64,000 bases of DNA. Origin: Candidatus Saccharimonadota bacterium. Its GTDB lineage: Bacteria; Patescibacteriota; Saccharimonadia; Saccharimonadales; SLHW01. A program made the position numbers and the translations under genes. The notes under the pieces are model-generated. The model ran no database searches. It was not told the DNA's origin and saw only the letters and a list, made by a program, of their open reading frames with translations. Where the stretch lies: assembly GCA_050486305.1 (NCBI GenBank), contig JBJHDA010000001.1, positions 371,071 to 435,070 of the forward strand, in the 5' to 3' direction. The first letter of the stretch is position 1, and every line of letters begins with the position of its first letter. Shown here one piece after another: positions 10,111-19,196 of the stretch.

Positions 10111-13100
10111 TTAAGCTACCTCCTTCTTTTCGTCAGCCGAGGACGATTGCTCATCGTCATTCTCTGATCCTTTATCTTCTTGTTTGCTCTCGCTCACTGT
10201 TGTGGTTGGCAAGTTGTCATCCAGCTCAATTACTTCAAACTCATCCGAAGCTGCATCTTCCGTTACATCAATATCAGATGCGACTGGCTGGGGAACGTCA
10301 ATTTCTGCCTGATGATCTGCCTCATCCTTTATGCTTTCGGCTAAGACCTCTTCGGCGTCAATCACCGTCTCAGATGTTACGAGATCGACCTTAAGCCCAA
10401 GTCCTTGTAACTCTTTCACGAGAACGTTAAAGCTTTCTGGTACTTTTGGCCCTACGATGTCTGTGCCTTTAATGATCGACTCGTACGCCTTAGACCGACC
10501 GTATACATCATCTGACTTGATCGTTAGCATCTCCTGCAGAGTGTGCGATGCTCCATATGCTTCTAGCGCCCACACCTCCATCTCGCCGAAGCGCTGGCCA
10601 CCGTTTTGAGCTTTACCGCCTAATGGCTGTTGAGTAACCATAGTGTAAGGTCCGGTCGATCGAGCATGAATCTTGTCAGCAATCATGTGATTTAGCTTAA
10701 TCGTATACGCAATACCAACTGCAGTGGTCTCCCTAAATGGCTCTCCTGTTCGACCATCAAATAGCTGCTGTTTTCCATCTTCAGGCAACCCTGCCTCTTT
10801 CAAAAGCTCTTGAACTTTTGGAATTGGTATCCCGTTAAAAGAAGGAGTCGCCACTTTCATCCCGAGCTTCTTTGCTGCGATACCAAGTGCGGCCTCATAC
10901 AGCTGGCCGATATTCATACGACTCGGCACTCCAAGCGGGCTCAGAATCATATCTATTGGCGTCCCGTCTTCGAGATGAGGCATATCTTCTGTTGGCAAAA
11001 TACGTGCAATAACACCTTTGTTACCGTGCCTGCCTCCGAGCTTGTCCCCGACGGCAATTTTGCGCATCTGTGCTACAAATACTTGAATCTGCATTATTAC
11101 ACCGGCTTTAAGGTCGTGTTCATCACGGTTAAATACCTTTACGCCAACAACCTTGCCGTGCTTACCGTTACCCATCCGTTGTGAGGTGTCCCGGACTTCT
11201 TTTGCTTTTTCGCCGAAAATTGCCCGTAGTAATCGCTCTTCACTAGAGAGTTCTTGCTCACCCTTTGGCGTAATTTTTCCTACCAAAATATCGCCAGGGT
11301 GCACTTCTGCACCGATTCGAACAATACCATCTTCATCAAGGTGCCGTAGCGCTTCTTCTGATACGTTTGGAATATCCCGGGTAACAATCTCAGGGCCGAG
11401 CTTAGTCTCACGCACCTCAACCATGTAGTCACTAATGTGCACAGAAGTTAGCTCATCATCTTCAACAAGTCGTCGGGAAATGATTATCGAGTCCTCAAAG
11501 TTATAGCCATCCCATGACATGTACGCAGTCAAAAGGTCACGGCCGAGCGCCAGTTCACCGTCCTGGATAGACATGCCTTCAATAAGAACATCGCCTTCTT
11601 TAACTTTATCTCCAGATTGAACGGCAACTCTTTGATTTATTGAAGTACTATCATTACTCCTATCAAAATGACGCGGTGTATACTTACCCTTTGAACCGTC
11701 TTTATAACTTACAATTACTTCATCAGCTGTAGCTTTTGTGACCTCACCAGGTCCAGATGCTGCAATAAGCTGGCCAGAGTTTTTGGCAGTTACCTCTTCC
11801 ATGCCCGTACCGACAATCGGAGATTGTGGTTGCACCAACGGTACAGCTTGCCTCTGTTGGTTGCTTCCCATTAAGCTCCGGTAGACATAGTTCTTCTCGA
11901 TAAACGGAATCAAACCGGCGCTTGAGCCGATAATTTGTCGAGGGGATGCATCAATATGTGTAATTTCATCCGCATCTACTTCTCCAGAAATAAGTCGATT
12001 TCGAGCCGGCACACGAGCATCTACAAAATAACCATCTTCGTTAATTTCTTGACCTGTACTAGCAATTACCGCAGAGCCCTCTTCCGAAGCATCAAGATAT
12101 ACAATCTCGTTGGTAATCTTAGCTTTTACTGGCCATGTTTTTTGGTTGGTGATTTTTGCTAGCTTCGCAGCATCATCTTTCGTTATTTTTTTGCCGGACT
12201 TTACAATTACTTTGCCGTCAGCATCTTCTAAGTCCACGCTTGCGATATGTCCGGCTGCATTTTTGGCAGTTACACTGTTGATCACTTTCCTGTACGGAGT
12301 TTCAATGAAGCCATAATCGTTAATACGAGCATACGTAGCTAGATTCAATACAAGGCCGATATTCGCACCTTCTGGAGTTTCTACCGTACAAATTCTGCCG
12401 TAATGTGTAGCATGAGCATCACGAACCTCAAATCCAGCACGTTCCCTGGACAGTCCACCCGGACCCATTGAGCTGAGACGCCGCTTATGAGCTAACTCGG
12501 CAAGCGGATTAACCTGATCCATAAATTGTGACAACTGTGAGCTTGCAAAGAATTCCCGAACCGCAGCAACGATAGGACGAGCGTTTATCAACTGTGCCGG
12601 CGTTACAGATTCGATATCTGACATACTCATACGGTCTTTTGTGTTGCGCTCCATCCGCAAGAGCCCGATACGGAACTGCCGCTGCACTAACTCTCCGACG
12701 AGCTTAATGCGGCGATTTGCAAGTGAGTCAATGTCATCACCCGGCTCTTGAGTTTTATTCAAGCGAATAACTTCGGCGATAATTGCCGTCAAATCTTCTA
12801 GACGCATTATTCGATTTTCAGCCGTGTTAGGAACGTCAAGGTCGAGCCGTTTGTTTATTTTGTATCGCCCAACTCGGCTAAAATCAAACCGTTTAAAGTT
12901 ATAAAACATGTTTTCAATCAAGCTCCGGGCATTTTCAACCGTAGCTAGATCACCAGGACGAAGCCGACGATACACTTCAATCAAGGCGTCGTTGGTCCCT
13001 TTTGTTTGATCTTTTTCAAGCGTTGCTTCTAAGTGACTGGCGCCACCTTCCTCATCAACATGCTTGAACGCCTTTTTCATTAATGCGTCATTCATGCCGA

Positions 13101-13689
13101 GAGCACGGAGCAAAGTAGTGACTGGGATTTTGCGCTTCCGGTCAATCTTTACATAAATAGCTCCATTTGCTGCCGTTTCGAACTCTAACCAGGCTCCTCT
13201 GCCTGGAATGACCTTAGCGCCGTAGAGACCTTTCCCGCTTGACGTGTCGGCAGTAAAGAAGACACCAGCTGAACGAATAAGCTGTGATACGACAACTCGT
13301 TCTGCGCCATTAATAACAAAGGTCCCTCTATCAGTCATCCAAGGATAGTCGCCGAGATAAATTTCCTGCTCTTTTATCTCACCGGTGACTTTATTCGTAA
13401 GCTCAACGGTTGCCTTGAGCGGAGCTTCGTAGCTCACGTTGTTTTCGCGGGCTTCAGCTTCTGTCATTTTCGCTTCTTCAAAGTGATAATCCTTGAAACG
13501 AATCGATAATTTTGTGCCGGTATAGTCTTCAATCGAGCCTATCTCTGCAAATAACTCACCGAGCCCTTCTTCTATTAACCATTGGAAAGACTTGTTCTGG
13601 TGATCTACCAAATTCGGCATCTCGATGATGTCTTGGCTTTCAGTAAAGTATGTTCGTTTTTGTTTTTTTTGACTGGTGACTTTCGCCAT
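10111..13689 (-). CDS. rpoB: DNA-directed RNA polymerase subunit beta
   Basis: ORF 10111..13701 (GTG) trimmed to ATG 13689 (MAKVTSQ), GGGAG upstream. Conserved beta motifs (GDKLGGRHGNKGV, RFGEMEVWALEAYGA). Acidic C-terminal tail. Confidence 0.97.
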   Translation of the reverse strand: MAKVTSQKKQKRTYFTESQDIIEMPNLVDHQNKSFQWLIEEGLGELFAEIGSIEDYTGTKLSIRFKDYHFEEAKMTEAEARENNVSYEAPLKATVELTNKVTGEIKEQEIYLGDYPWMTDRGTFVINGAERVVVSQLIRSAGVFFTADTSSGKGLYGAKVIPGRGAWLEFETAANGAIYVKIDRKRKIPVTTLLRALGMNDALMKKAFKHVDEEGGASHLEATLEKDQTKGTNDALIEVYRRLRPGDLATVENARSLIENMFYNFKRFDFSRVGRYKINKRLDLDVPNTAENRIMRLEDLTAIIAEVIRLNKTQEPGDDIDSLANRRIKLVGELVQRQFRIGLLRMERNTKDRMSMSDIESVTPAQLINARPIVAAVREFFASSQLSQFMDQVNPLAELAHKRRLSSMGPGGLSRERAGFEVRDAHATHYGRICTVETPEGANIGLVLNLATYARINDYGFIETPYRKVINSVTAKNAAGHIASVDLEDADGKVIVKSGKKITKDDAAKLAKITNQKTWPVKAKITNEIVYLDASEEGSAVIASTGQEINEDGYFVDARVPARNRLISGEVDADEITHIDASPRQIIGSSAGLIPFIEKNYVYRSLMGSNQQRQAVPLVQPQSPIVGTGMEEVTAKNSGQLIAASGPGEVTKATADEVIVSYKDGSKGKYTPRHFDRSNDSTSINQRVAVQSGDKVKEGDVLIEGMSIQDGELALGRDLLTAYMSWDGYNFEDSIIISRRLVEDDELTSVHISDYMVEVRETKLGPEIVTRDIPNVSEEALRHLDEDGIVRIGAEVHPGDILVGKITPKGEQELSSEERLLRAIFGEKAKEVRDTSQRMGNGKHGKVVGVKVFNRDEHDLKAGVIMQIQVFVAQMRKIAVGDKLGGRHGNKGVIARILPTEDMPHLEDGTPIDMILSPLGVPSRMNIGQLYEAALGIAAKKLGMKVATPSFNGIPIPKVQELLKEAGLPEDGKQQLFDGRTGEPFRETTAVGIAYTIKLNHMIADKIHARSTGPYTMVTQQPLGGKAQNGGQRFGEMEVWALEAYGASHTLQEMLTIKSDDVYGRSKAYESIIKGTDIVGPKVPESFNVLVKELQGLGLKVDLVTSETVIDAEEVLAESIKDEADHQAEIDVPQPVASDIDVTEDAASDEFEVIELDDNLPTTTVSESKQEDKGSENDDEQSSSADEKKEVA

Positions 13690-13849
13690 ATAGTAGTCCA
13701 CTCCCTTATTTGCGTTCGTTAATAATGACCCGTTATTGCTTTTCAGGTTTTGGTTTCAGATGGAAGTCACCTCTGACAACTGGCTATTACTGATGCATCA
13801 AGTGACTACAGCAAAACTAGAGCAGTTGTCCACTACTTCTTAGGCAATG

Positions 13850-13877
13850 ATTGTAAAGCACGCCAACTAAATGTCAA
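13850..13877 (-). promoter_or_regulatory. candidate rpoBC promoter
   Basis: Gene-strand TTGACA (13877..13872), 16 nt, TACAAT (13855..13850); about 155-nt leader to the rpoB ATG. Confidence 0.45.
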
Positions 13878-13898
13878 GCCCGACGGGCAAAGTCATAT

Positions 13899-13921
13899 CG
13901 TTTTACAAAATCCGTAAAACG
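13899..13921 (-). terminator. stem-loop just downstream of clpP (weak terminator candidate)
   Basis: CGTTTTAC/GTAAAACG 8-bp stem with 7-nt loop, 7 nt after the clpP stop; the downstream T-run is poor. Confidence 0.3.
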
Positions 13922-13927
13922 TTATAA

Positions 13928-14539
13928 TTATTTTTTTACCGTGGCAATGGCCGAGGAAATAACGTCATCAACCACACCATATGACTTTGCGTCCTCTGCT
14001 GTCATCCAAAAGTCACGCTCCATGTCTTTATGAATCGTCTTTATAGGTTTGCCGGTGTTCTTCGCCATAATCTCTTCTAGTAAGCGCTTTACCCGCAAAC
14101 TTTCCCTTAGATCGATTTCTTGATCGGTCACTTTGCCTCTGGTGCCGCTTGAAGGCTGGTGAAGCATGACCGTCGAATGCGGCAGCAAAAACCGTTTACC
14201 TTTTGTGCCGCTGCTCAACAAAAATGCAGCTGCGCTAGCCTGAACACCGATACCGACTGTCTGGATATCCGACCGAAGGTATTGCATAGTATCGTAAATA
14301 GCAAGAGCGTCGTATACGCTTCCGCCAGGACTATTTATATAAAAATTTATATCTTTATCACTTTCATTATCAAGAAATAGAAGCTGCGCGACGATTAGGT
14401 TCGCCGTGTGTTCATTCACATCAGTGCCAAGAAAAATAATCCGATCTTTCAGTAAACGGGAATATATATCGTAAGCACGCTCCATGCGGCCTTCTTGTTC
14501 GATAACAGTTGGAACTAATACAGAAGATGGGCTACTCAT
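13928..14539 (-). CDS. clpP: ATP-dependent Clp protease proteolytic subunit
   Basis: ORF trimmed to ATG 14539 (AAGGAG 5 nt upstream; the longer ORF would run through the CIRCE operator). Ser/His/Asp context present ([18 protein letters not shown]). Confidence 0.93.
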   Translation of the reverse strand: MSSPSSVLVPTVIEQEGRMERAYDIYSRLLKDRIIFLGTDVNEHTANLIVAQLLFLDNESDKDINFYINSPGGSVYDALAIYDTMQYLRSDIQTVGIGVQASAAAFLLSSGTKGKRFLLPHSTVMLHQPSSGTRGKVTDQEIDLRESLRVKRLLEEIMAKNTGKPIKTIHKDMERDFWMTAEDAKSYGVVDDVISSAIATVKK

Positions 14540-14573
14540 TAACACTCCTTTTCTAGCAGTAAGCATACCTAAT

Positions 14574-14600
14574 TTAGCAGTCATTAGTCAAGAGTGCTAA
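14574..14600 (-). promoter_or_regulatory. CIRCE-like inverted repeat (HrcA operator type), 17/18 match, overlapping a clpP promoter candidate
   Basis: Gene strand: TTAGCACTC-TTGACTAAT-GACTGCTAA. TTGACT (14591..14586), 18 nt, TATGCT (14567..14562); 34 nt upstream of the clpP ATG. Confidence 0.75.
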
Positions 14601-14647
14601 TACGTAAAATGCAGACCTTCTATGCCGAGTGTTGCTCCGTACTCTCG

Positions 14648-15181
14648 TTAGTAAATCGGCTCGGTCCTTGCAGATTTCCCCGAATAGCCGCCTCGATCTC
14701 TGCGTGCTTCTTCAGCAATTTGCCACTCGTCAAGCGGCCCGGCAATATCCTTCACTTTTAGGCGGCGAGAATTCTCTCTAACCTTCTTGGGCTTTGGAGC
14801 TTTCGCCTCTTCTACGGCAGACTCCAGCTTAGGCAATATTTGCTCGGAAGCGACGATGTGATTAGGAGGGCCCGAAACCGCATGCAGCACCTTCCTCCCA
14901 ATTTTTTTAAAAATTGAGCCAGACGTTTCTGTACGCTGAGCCTCATATGCATTAATCTCACGTTGCGCTTGGTCAATTAATAATTCTGCCGCAGAAACCG
15001 GTATGTTGCCCCCTCTGGCCACAATTCCCGCCTTTGTATCCAGAACTGCGCTAACAATCACCAGCCCGCCAGCCTCTTGGAGCAACTCTGGATCTGTTTC
15101 ATTGAGTCGGTTGGCTACCTCGCAAATATGCGGACCCGCTTCAGCACTTATATAAATCGACCCATTTCGTGACTCAATCAT
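14648..15181 (-). CDS. hypothetical protein (177 aa; about 80-aa N-terminal domain plus charged, probably disordered tail)
   Basis: Strong GGAGG 7 nt upstream of the ATG; overlaps the upstream ORF88 by 8 nt. No family recognised. Confidence 0.6.
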   Translation of the reverse strand: MIESRNGSIYISAEAGPHICEVANRLNETDPELLQEAGGLVIVSAVLDTKAGIVARGGNIPVSAAELLIDQAQREINAYEAQRTETSGSIFKKIGRKVLHAVSGPPNHIVASEQILPKLESAVEEAKAPKPKKVRENSRRLKVKDIAGPLDEWQIAEEARRDRGGYSGKSARTEPIY

Positions 15182-15440
15182 GAAACACCTCCTCTTTTAT
15201 AGGTGAGGGCTCAAAAGCGGGAAGTAAGGCAGTTCCGCCAAGCCTTAAGCGTATATCTTGTGCGGATGTAGACTCTTCTTCCGTGCTACTTTCGACAGCT
15301 GACAAAAGTTGCATTTCATGATTATGGTTCCCTAATTGTTGACGTGCACGCTGCTCAGCCACTGGCAAGGTTATAGCGTCAATCGTCCGTGTAACACTTT
15401 CTCTGCAGCTTCTTGTAATTTCTTTTAGTTTTTTAGACAT
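15174..15440 (-). CDS. hypothetical protein (88 aa)
   Basis: ATG 15440 preceded by TATGAT (15454..15449) 8 nt upstream and no SD (leaderless-type); coupled to the 177-aa ORF. No family recognised. Confidence 0.5.
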   Translation of the reverse strand: MSKKLKEITRSCRESVTRTIDAITLPVAEQRARQQLGNHNHEMQLLSAVESSTEEESTSAQDIRLRLGGTALLPAFEPSPIKEEVFHD

Positions 15441-15490
15441 ATTTAATAATCATACTACAATAATTTTCGACATAAAGCGAGTGCTTGTAC

Positions 15491-16777
15491 TTATTTTTTT
15501 GTGGCGTATGCTGCTAATTGTGCTACGGTTTTTTCGCTTAACATCCGCGACGCGATATTCTGTTTGGCTTCAGGCTTACTAAGCTCTGCTTGCATCTGTG
15601 GGTCTGTGTACTGACCTTTTAGAACCTGCATGCGTATCTCGAGCTCTTCTGGTGTCACCTCAATTTTTTCCTTTTCGGCAATTTCTGCCAATACAATACT
15701 CGCCTTAACCCGCTCTTCCGCCTGGGGTTTAAGCTCCTTTTCTTTGTACTGCTCTTCTGTCGTCTGCTTTGCATCAAGGAACTCCTTAATCGTTTGCCCT
15801 CGATACGATAAATTCTGTTTCAGCTCATTCAGCATTCGCTCTAGCTGGTCTTCAATTAGAATCTCTGGAATATCTAGCTTTGATTTTTTAGTAATTTCCG
15901 CCACGAGCTCTGACTCGAACTGTAAATCAGCTTGACGCTGCTTTTCAGTCATTAGCTCTTTCTTAATGTCTCGCTTTAAGTCCGCGACTGTCTTTACTGG
16001 GCCAACGCTTGCGGCAAATTCATCGTTCACTTCCGGCTTCTTCAGCTCATTGACCTCTTTCACGTCAACGCTAAACGTTACCTTCTCTCCGGCAAGGGAA
16101 GTAACGCCATAATCTTTCGGGAACGTCACATCAAACGTTTTTGTGTCACCGCTCTTCAGACCTAGTAGGTTTTCTTCAAACCCCGGAATAAAACTCTTGC
16201 TCCCGAGGGTCAGTGGATAGCTCTTGCCATCAGCGCCTTTAACCGGTTCGCCTGTTTTATCTTTGCCGCTAAAATCTATCGTTAACTGGTCGCCGTTTTT
16301 CGCGGCACGCTTAACAGGCAGTTTCTCTGCTGTTTGCGCACGAAGGTTTTCAATAACCTCATCAACATCTTTTTCAGTAACTTTCGCTGTCTTTCTGTCT
16401 TTCTTGATTTTGGTGTAGTCGGGCAACGAAACATCGCCGAGAACATCAACCGTAGCCTCAAACGACAACTCTGTAAACGGAACAAACGCTTTAATTGCAA
16501 TCTCTGGGCGGTCTACTGGCCGGATTGATTCTTGTTTTGCCGCAACAGGATACAGCTGCTGCACGGCTTCTTCCAGAAATTCTTGCTGAAGCAATTTTTG
16601 GTCAAGCTGCTTTTCTGCAAGCTCCAACGGCGCCTTCCCTGGGCGGAATCCAGATACTTTTACATCTTTCGTTAGGCGCGACAACACCTGTCGCTTAACG
16701 TCGTTTAGCTCGTCTTGTGTGGCCGTCACATTCAGTACGGCTTTTGTCTTGCTTGGTTTATTCATTTCTATACGCAT
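15491..16777 (-). CDS. tig: trigger factor
   Basis: N-terminal ribosome-binding region with GFRPGKAP, FKBP-type middle domain, C-terminal helical domain. Start set to ATG 16777 (TAGGAT 8 nt upstream); ATG 16765 or TTG 16795 are alternatives. Confidence 0.9.
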   Translation of the reverse strand: MRIEMNKPSKTKAVLNVTATQDELNDVKRQVLSRLTKDVKVSGFRPGKAPLELAEKQLDQKLLQQEFLEEAVQQLYPVAAKQESIRPVDRPEIAIKAFVPFTELSFEATVDVLGDVSLPDYTKIKKDRKTAKVTEKDVDEVIENLRAQTAEKLPVKRAAKNGDQLTIDFSGKDKTGEPVKGADGKSYPLTLGSKSFIPGFEENLLGLKSGDTKTFDVTFPKDYGVTSLAGEKVTFSVDVKEVNELKKPEVNDEFAASVGPVKTVADLKRDIKKELMTEKQRQADLQFESELVAEITKKSKLDIPEILIEDQLERMLNELKQNLSYRGQTIKEFLDAKQTTEEQYKEKELKPQAEERVKASIVLAEIAEKEKIEVTPEELEIRMQVLKGQYTDPQMQAELSKPEAKQNIASRMLSEKTVAQLAAYATKK

Positions 16778-16818
16778 AAGTGTTAATCCTAGCAAAGAGT
16801 CGTGGACTTGTAAAAGAA

Positions 16819-18120
16819 TTAGTTCGCTTTTATTTTTTCAGAAATGTCGTCGACAGTTCCGCTGAAGTCTTCGCCAGATTGGATGTTGCGTAGCGTAAAT
16901 TCGCCGTTGCTAAGCTCGTCAGCACCGATAAAGAGCACGTACGGAATAGCTTTTTTGCTTGCAGACTTAATGCACTTTTCAAGCTTCCTTCCGGTCGCGT
17001 CAACAGCGACATTCAATCCATTAGTCCTAAGATTATCAATAACGCTTGCCGCAGCATTGTAAGTGTCTCCGATGCATATTGCGTAGATATCGGTTTCCGT
17101 CGCTAGGCTCGGCAGCAGCCCATGCAGTTCTAGAAAGTTTTGAAGCGTGATGTCACCCATACCGAAGCCGACTGTAGGCACCGGATCTACGCCAAAATCC
17201 GCAATCAGGCTATCATATCGTCCGCCGCCAAACATTGAACGATTGTTTTCAGGATTCGTGTCAAACACCTCAAAAACAATGTCGGTGTAATAATCAAACC
17301 CTCTGACAATACTTAAATCGAGCACAATATTCTGAATATCGCTTACCTGGCAATACTCAAGTAGCTTCCGAAGCGGACCGACTGATTCATGACTCTGTAA
17401 ATTAGTAGGGAGTTCGTTAATTGCGCGGGCATCGAGCGCTTGAAGCAAGACATTCTTACTATTTGTCTGCTGGGTGCTAGTGCTCAAAATGTTATCAAGC
17501 TCACGAGAAAAACTGGCCCCATCAATTTTTTGCTTTCGGTCAATAAGCTTCATGGCGGCAGCCTGGTTTTCTTTCGTCAAACCAAGCACCTCTTCGAGAA
17601 GGAAGTTCATAAGTTTTCTGCTGCTGAGCTTGATGGAATACATTTCATCTGCCGCACCAAATGCTCGCAGTAAATCTCTCGTCAGTACAATCAGCTCATG
17701 TTCAGCGACTACACTGCTCTCTCCGAATATATCGACATTCAGCTGATAAAATTCGCGGCCTCGGCCACGCTGCATCCGCTCATAACGCCAGCATTGCGGG
17801 ATAGAGTACCATCGCAGCGGATAGCCAAGCTCTTGCCTTCTGCCAGCAACCATTCTGCTCACACTAGGTGTCATCTCGGTCCGCAACGTAACACTGCGAT
17901 TACCCCGATCCTCAAAAGTGTAGGTCTGTTGCTCAATAATCTCTTGATTACCTTTCTGTAAATACAAATCGGTAGGCTCCAAGATAGGAGCATCATACGC
18001 TTCATAGCCATACCGTTCGCAAACTGCGCGCATTACTGAAAACATATACGCCTGCAGACGTTTATCTTCAGGGTAAAAGTCGCGCGCTCCCTTATAGGGC
18101 TGTGTTGATAGCTTACTCAT
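16819..18120 (-). CDS. hisS: histidine--tRNA ligase
   Basis: 433 aa class II aaRS; KGARDFYPED, RYERMQRGRGREFYQ, GGGRYD motifs. TACAAT 7 nt upstream of the ATG, no SD. Confidence 0.93.
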   Translation of the reverse strand: MSKLSTQPYKGARDFYPEDKRLQAYMFSVMRAVCERYGYEAYDAPILEPTDLYLQKGNQEIIEQQTYTFEDRGNRSVTLRTEMTPSVSRMVAGRRQELGYPLRWYSIPQCWRYERMQRGRGREFYQLNVDIFGESSVVAEHELIVLTRDLLRAFGAADEMYSIKLSSRKLMNFLLEEVLGLTKENQAAAMKLIDRKQKIDGASFSRELDNILSTSTQQTNSKNVLLQALDARAINELPTNLQSHESVGPLRKLLEYCQVSDIQNIVLDLSIVRGFDYYTDIVFEVFDTNPENNRSMFGGGRYDSLIADFGVDPVPTVGFGMGDITLQNFLELHGLLPSLATETDIYAICIGDTYNAAASVIDNLRTNGLNVAVDATGRKLEKCIKSASKKAIPYVLFIGADELSNGEFTLRNIQSGEDFSGTVDDISEKIKAN

Positions 18121-18215
18121 TGAAATTATTGTAACAGATAGGGCTTACCAAATGTTTAGAAAAACTTCAACGGCTCAGCCAAGCAGCATAATCTAAATAC
18201 GAATATTGAACTTTT

Positions 18216-18247
18216 AATGCACCAATCGACTGGTGCATTCATTTTTT
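18216..18247 (+). terminator. orphan intrinsic-terminator-like hairpin oriented for the plus strand
   Basis: Perfect 9-bp stem AATGCACCA/TGGTGCATT (18216..18224 / 18231..18239), 6-nt loop, then CA + TTTTTT (18242..18247). No annotated plus-strand gene upstream. Confidence 0.45.
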
Positions 18248-18508
18248 GTCTATCAGCACAAGAAAGCGCTCATCTTCGCCTACGGGCAAATTGGATAAAT
18301 CTCTTGTTGAGCATAAAAAATCCTTCATAGTCCGCCAGACCCGTTTTGCGAGAGGATTCGCAAAGCGGAAAATAAAAAAACAAAGTGAGGTTACTAGAAT
18401 GAACAGAATTTAGTTTCTGGTAAAATTATGCGCCCGCCCTGCTTGATGATAGGAATCATAAAGCGGAAGAGCGAGGCTTTGCACGAAAGCTGAAGTTGCA
18501 AAATGAGC

Positions 18509-18593
18509 TGGTGCCGCGGGAGAGACTCGAACTCTCACATCCGGAGATACTAGTTCCTAAGACTAGCGCGTCTACCAATTCCGCCACCGCGGC
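18509..18593 (-). tRNA. tRNA-Leu (anticodon TAG), type II with long variable arm, encoded CCA
   Basis: Hand-folded cloverleaf: acceptor GCCGCGG/CCGCGGC, anticodon stem CTAGT/ACTAG, loop CTTAGGA, variable arm TATCTCCGGATGT, T arm GAGAG-TTCGAGT-CTCTC, discriminator A, CCA; 85 nt. Confidence 0.93.
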
Positions 18594-18668
18594 GCACCAT
18601 TAATTCGAACGTCACCATTGTACAGACAGACACAATACATACGCAAACTGTATTTACATCGAAGGATA

Positions 18669-19196
18669 CTACGCTCGATAAAAGAGCAGCTGCCCGCCGG
18701 CATGTTTATTTGCTTGCACCAAGCTCGCCCCCCTGAAATTCATCGGCTCTTCCCATGCTGGTGCTGACACGACAAATGTGCCACTCGGTGCTACGTGGCG
18801 TAAAAGCTTTTGCAGCGTATTGACTTGCAGGTCGTCATACGGCGGATCACATATAACCACATCAAACTGCCTGGAAGCATTGGTATTCGACCAACTGGCA
18901 ACGTTTGCCCTGGTTGCCCGAATGTTATCGCTCAAACCAAGTTTGTCGATATTTTCTGTGAGCTTTTTATAGGCCCGCTTATCCCGCTCAACCGCTGCTA
19001 CAAAATCAGCCCCGCGACTTACCGACTCAATTGCAATAGCCCCGGTACCAGAAAAAGCATCCAGGACTTGCAGCCCGGATATATCACCAAGCACGTTAAA
19101 GAGTGCGCCGCGCATCCTATCGCTCATCGGATGTGTACGCCTATTTCGTGACGATGCAAAAATTCGGCCCTTGAGTTTCCCGGCAATTATACGCAT
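18669..19196 (-). CDS. rsmD: 16S rRNA (guanine966-N2)-methyltransferase RsmD-like
   Basis: ORF trimmed to ATG 19196 (MRIIAGKLKGR, typical RsmD start), overlapping the upstream stop (TGATG). Motifs DAFSGTGAIAIES and DPPY. Confidence 0.85.
   Translation of the reverse strand: MRIIAGKLKGRIFASSRNRRTHPMSDRMRGALFNVLGDISGLQVLDAFSGTGAIAIESVSRGADFVAAVERDKRAYKKLTENIDKLGLSDNIRATRANVASWSNTNASRQFDVVICDPPYDDLQVNTLQKLLRHVAPSGTFVVSAPAWEEPMNFRGASLVQANKHAGGQLLFYRA

Noticed and set aside
18176-18186. CAGCCAAGCAG resembling part of the SRP (4.5S) RNA domain IV
   Set aside because: The adjacent GGAA tetraloop, the conserved GGUCC/GGAAG flanks and the long hairpin pairing are absent. The similarity is too short to be meaningful.
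18509-18668. tRNA-Leu as an integration site for a mobile element
   Set aside because: No integrase, transposase or phage gene is nearby. No direct repeat of the tRNA 3' end longer than 6 nt was found in the adjacent 388-bp spacer.
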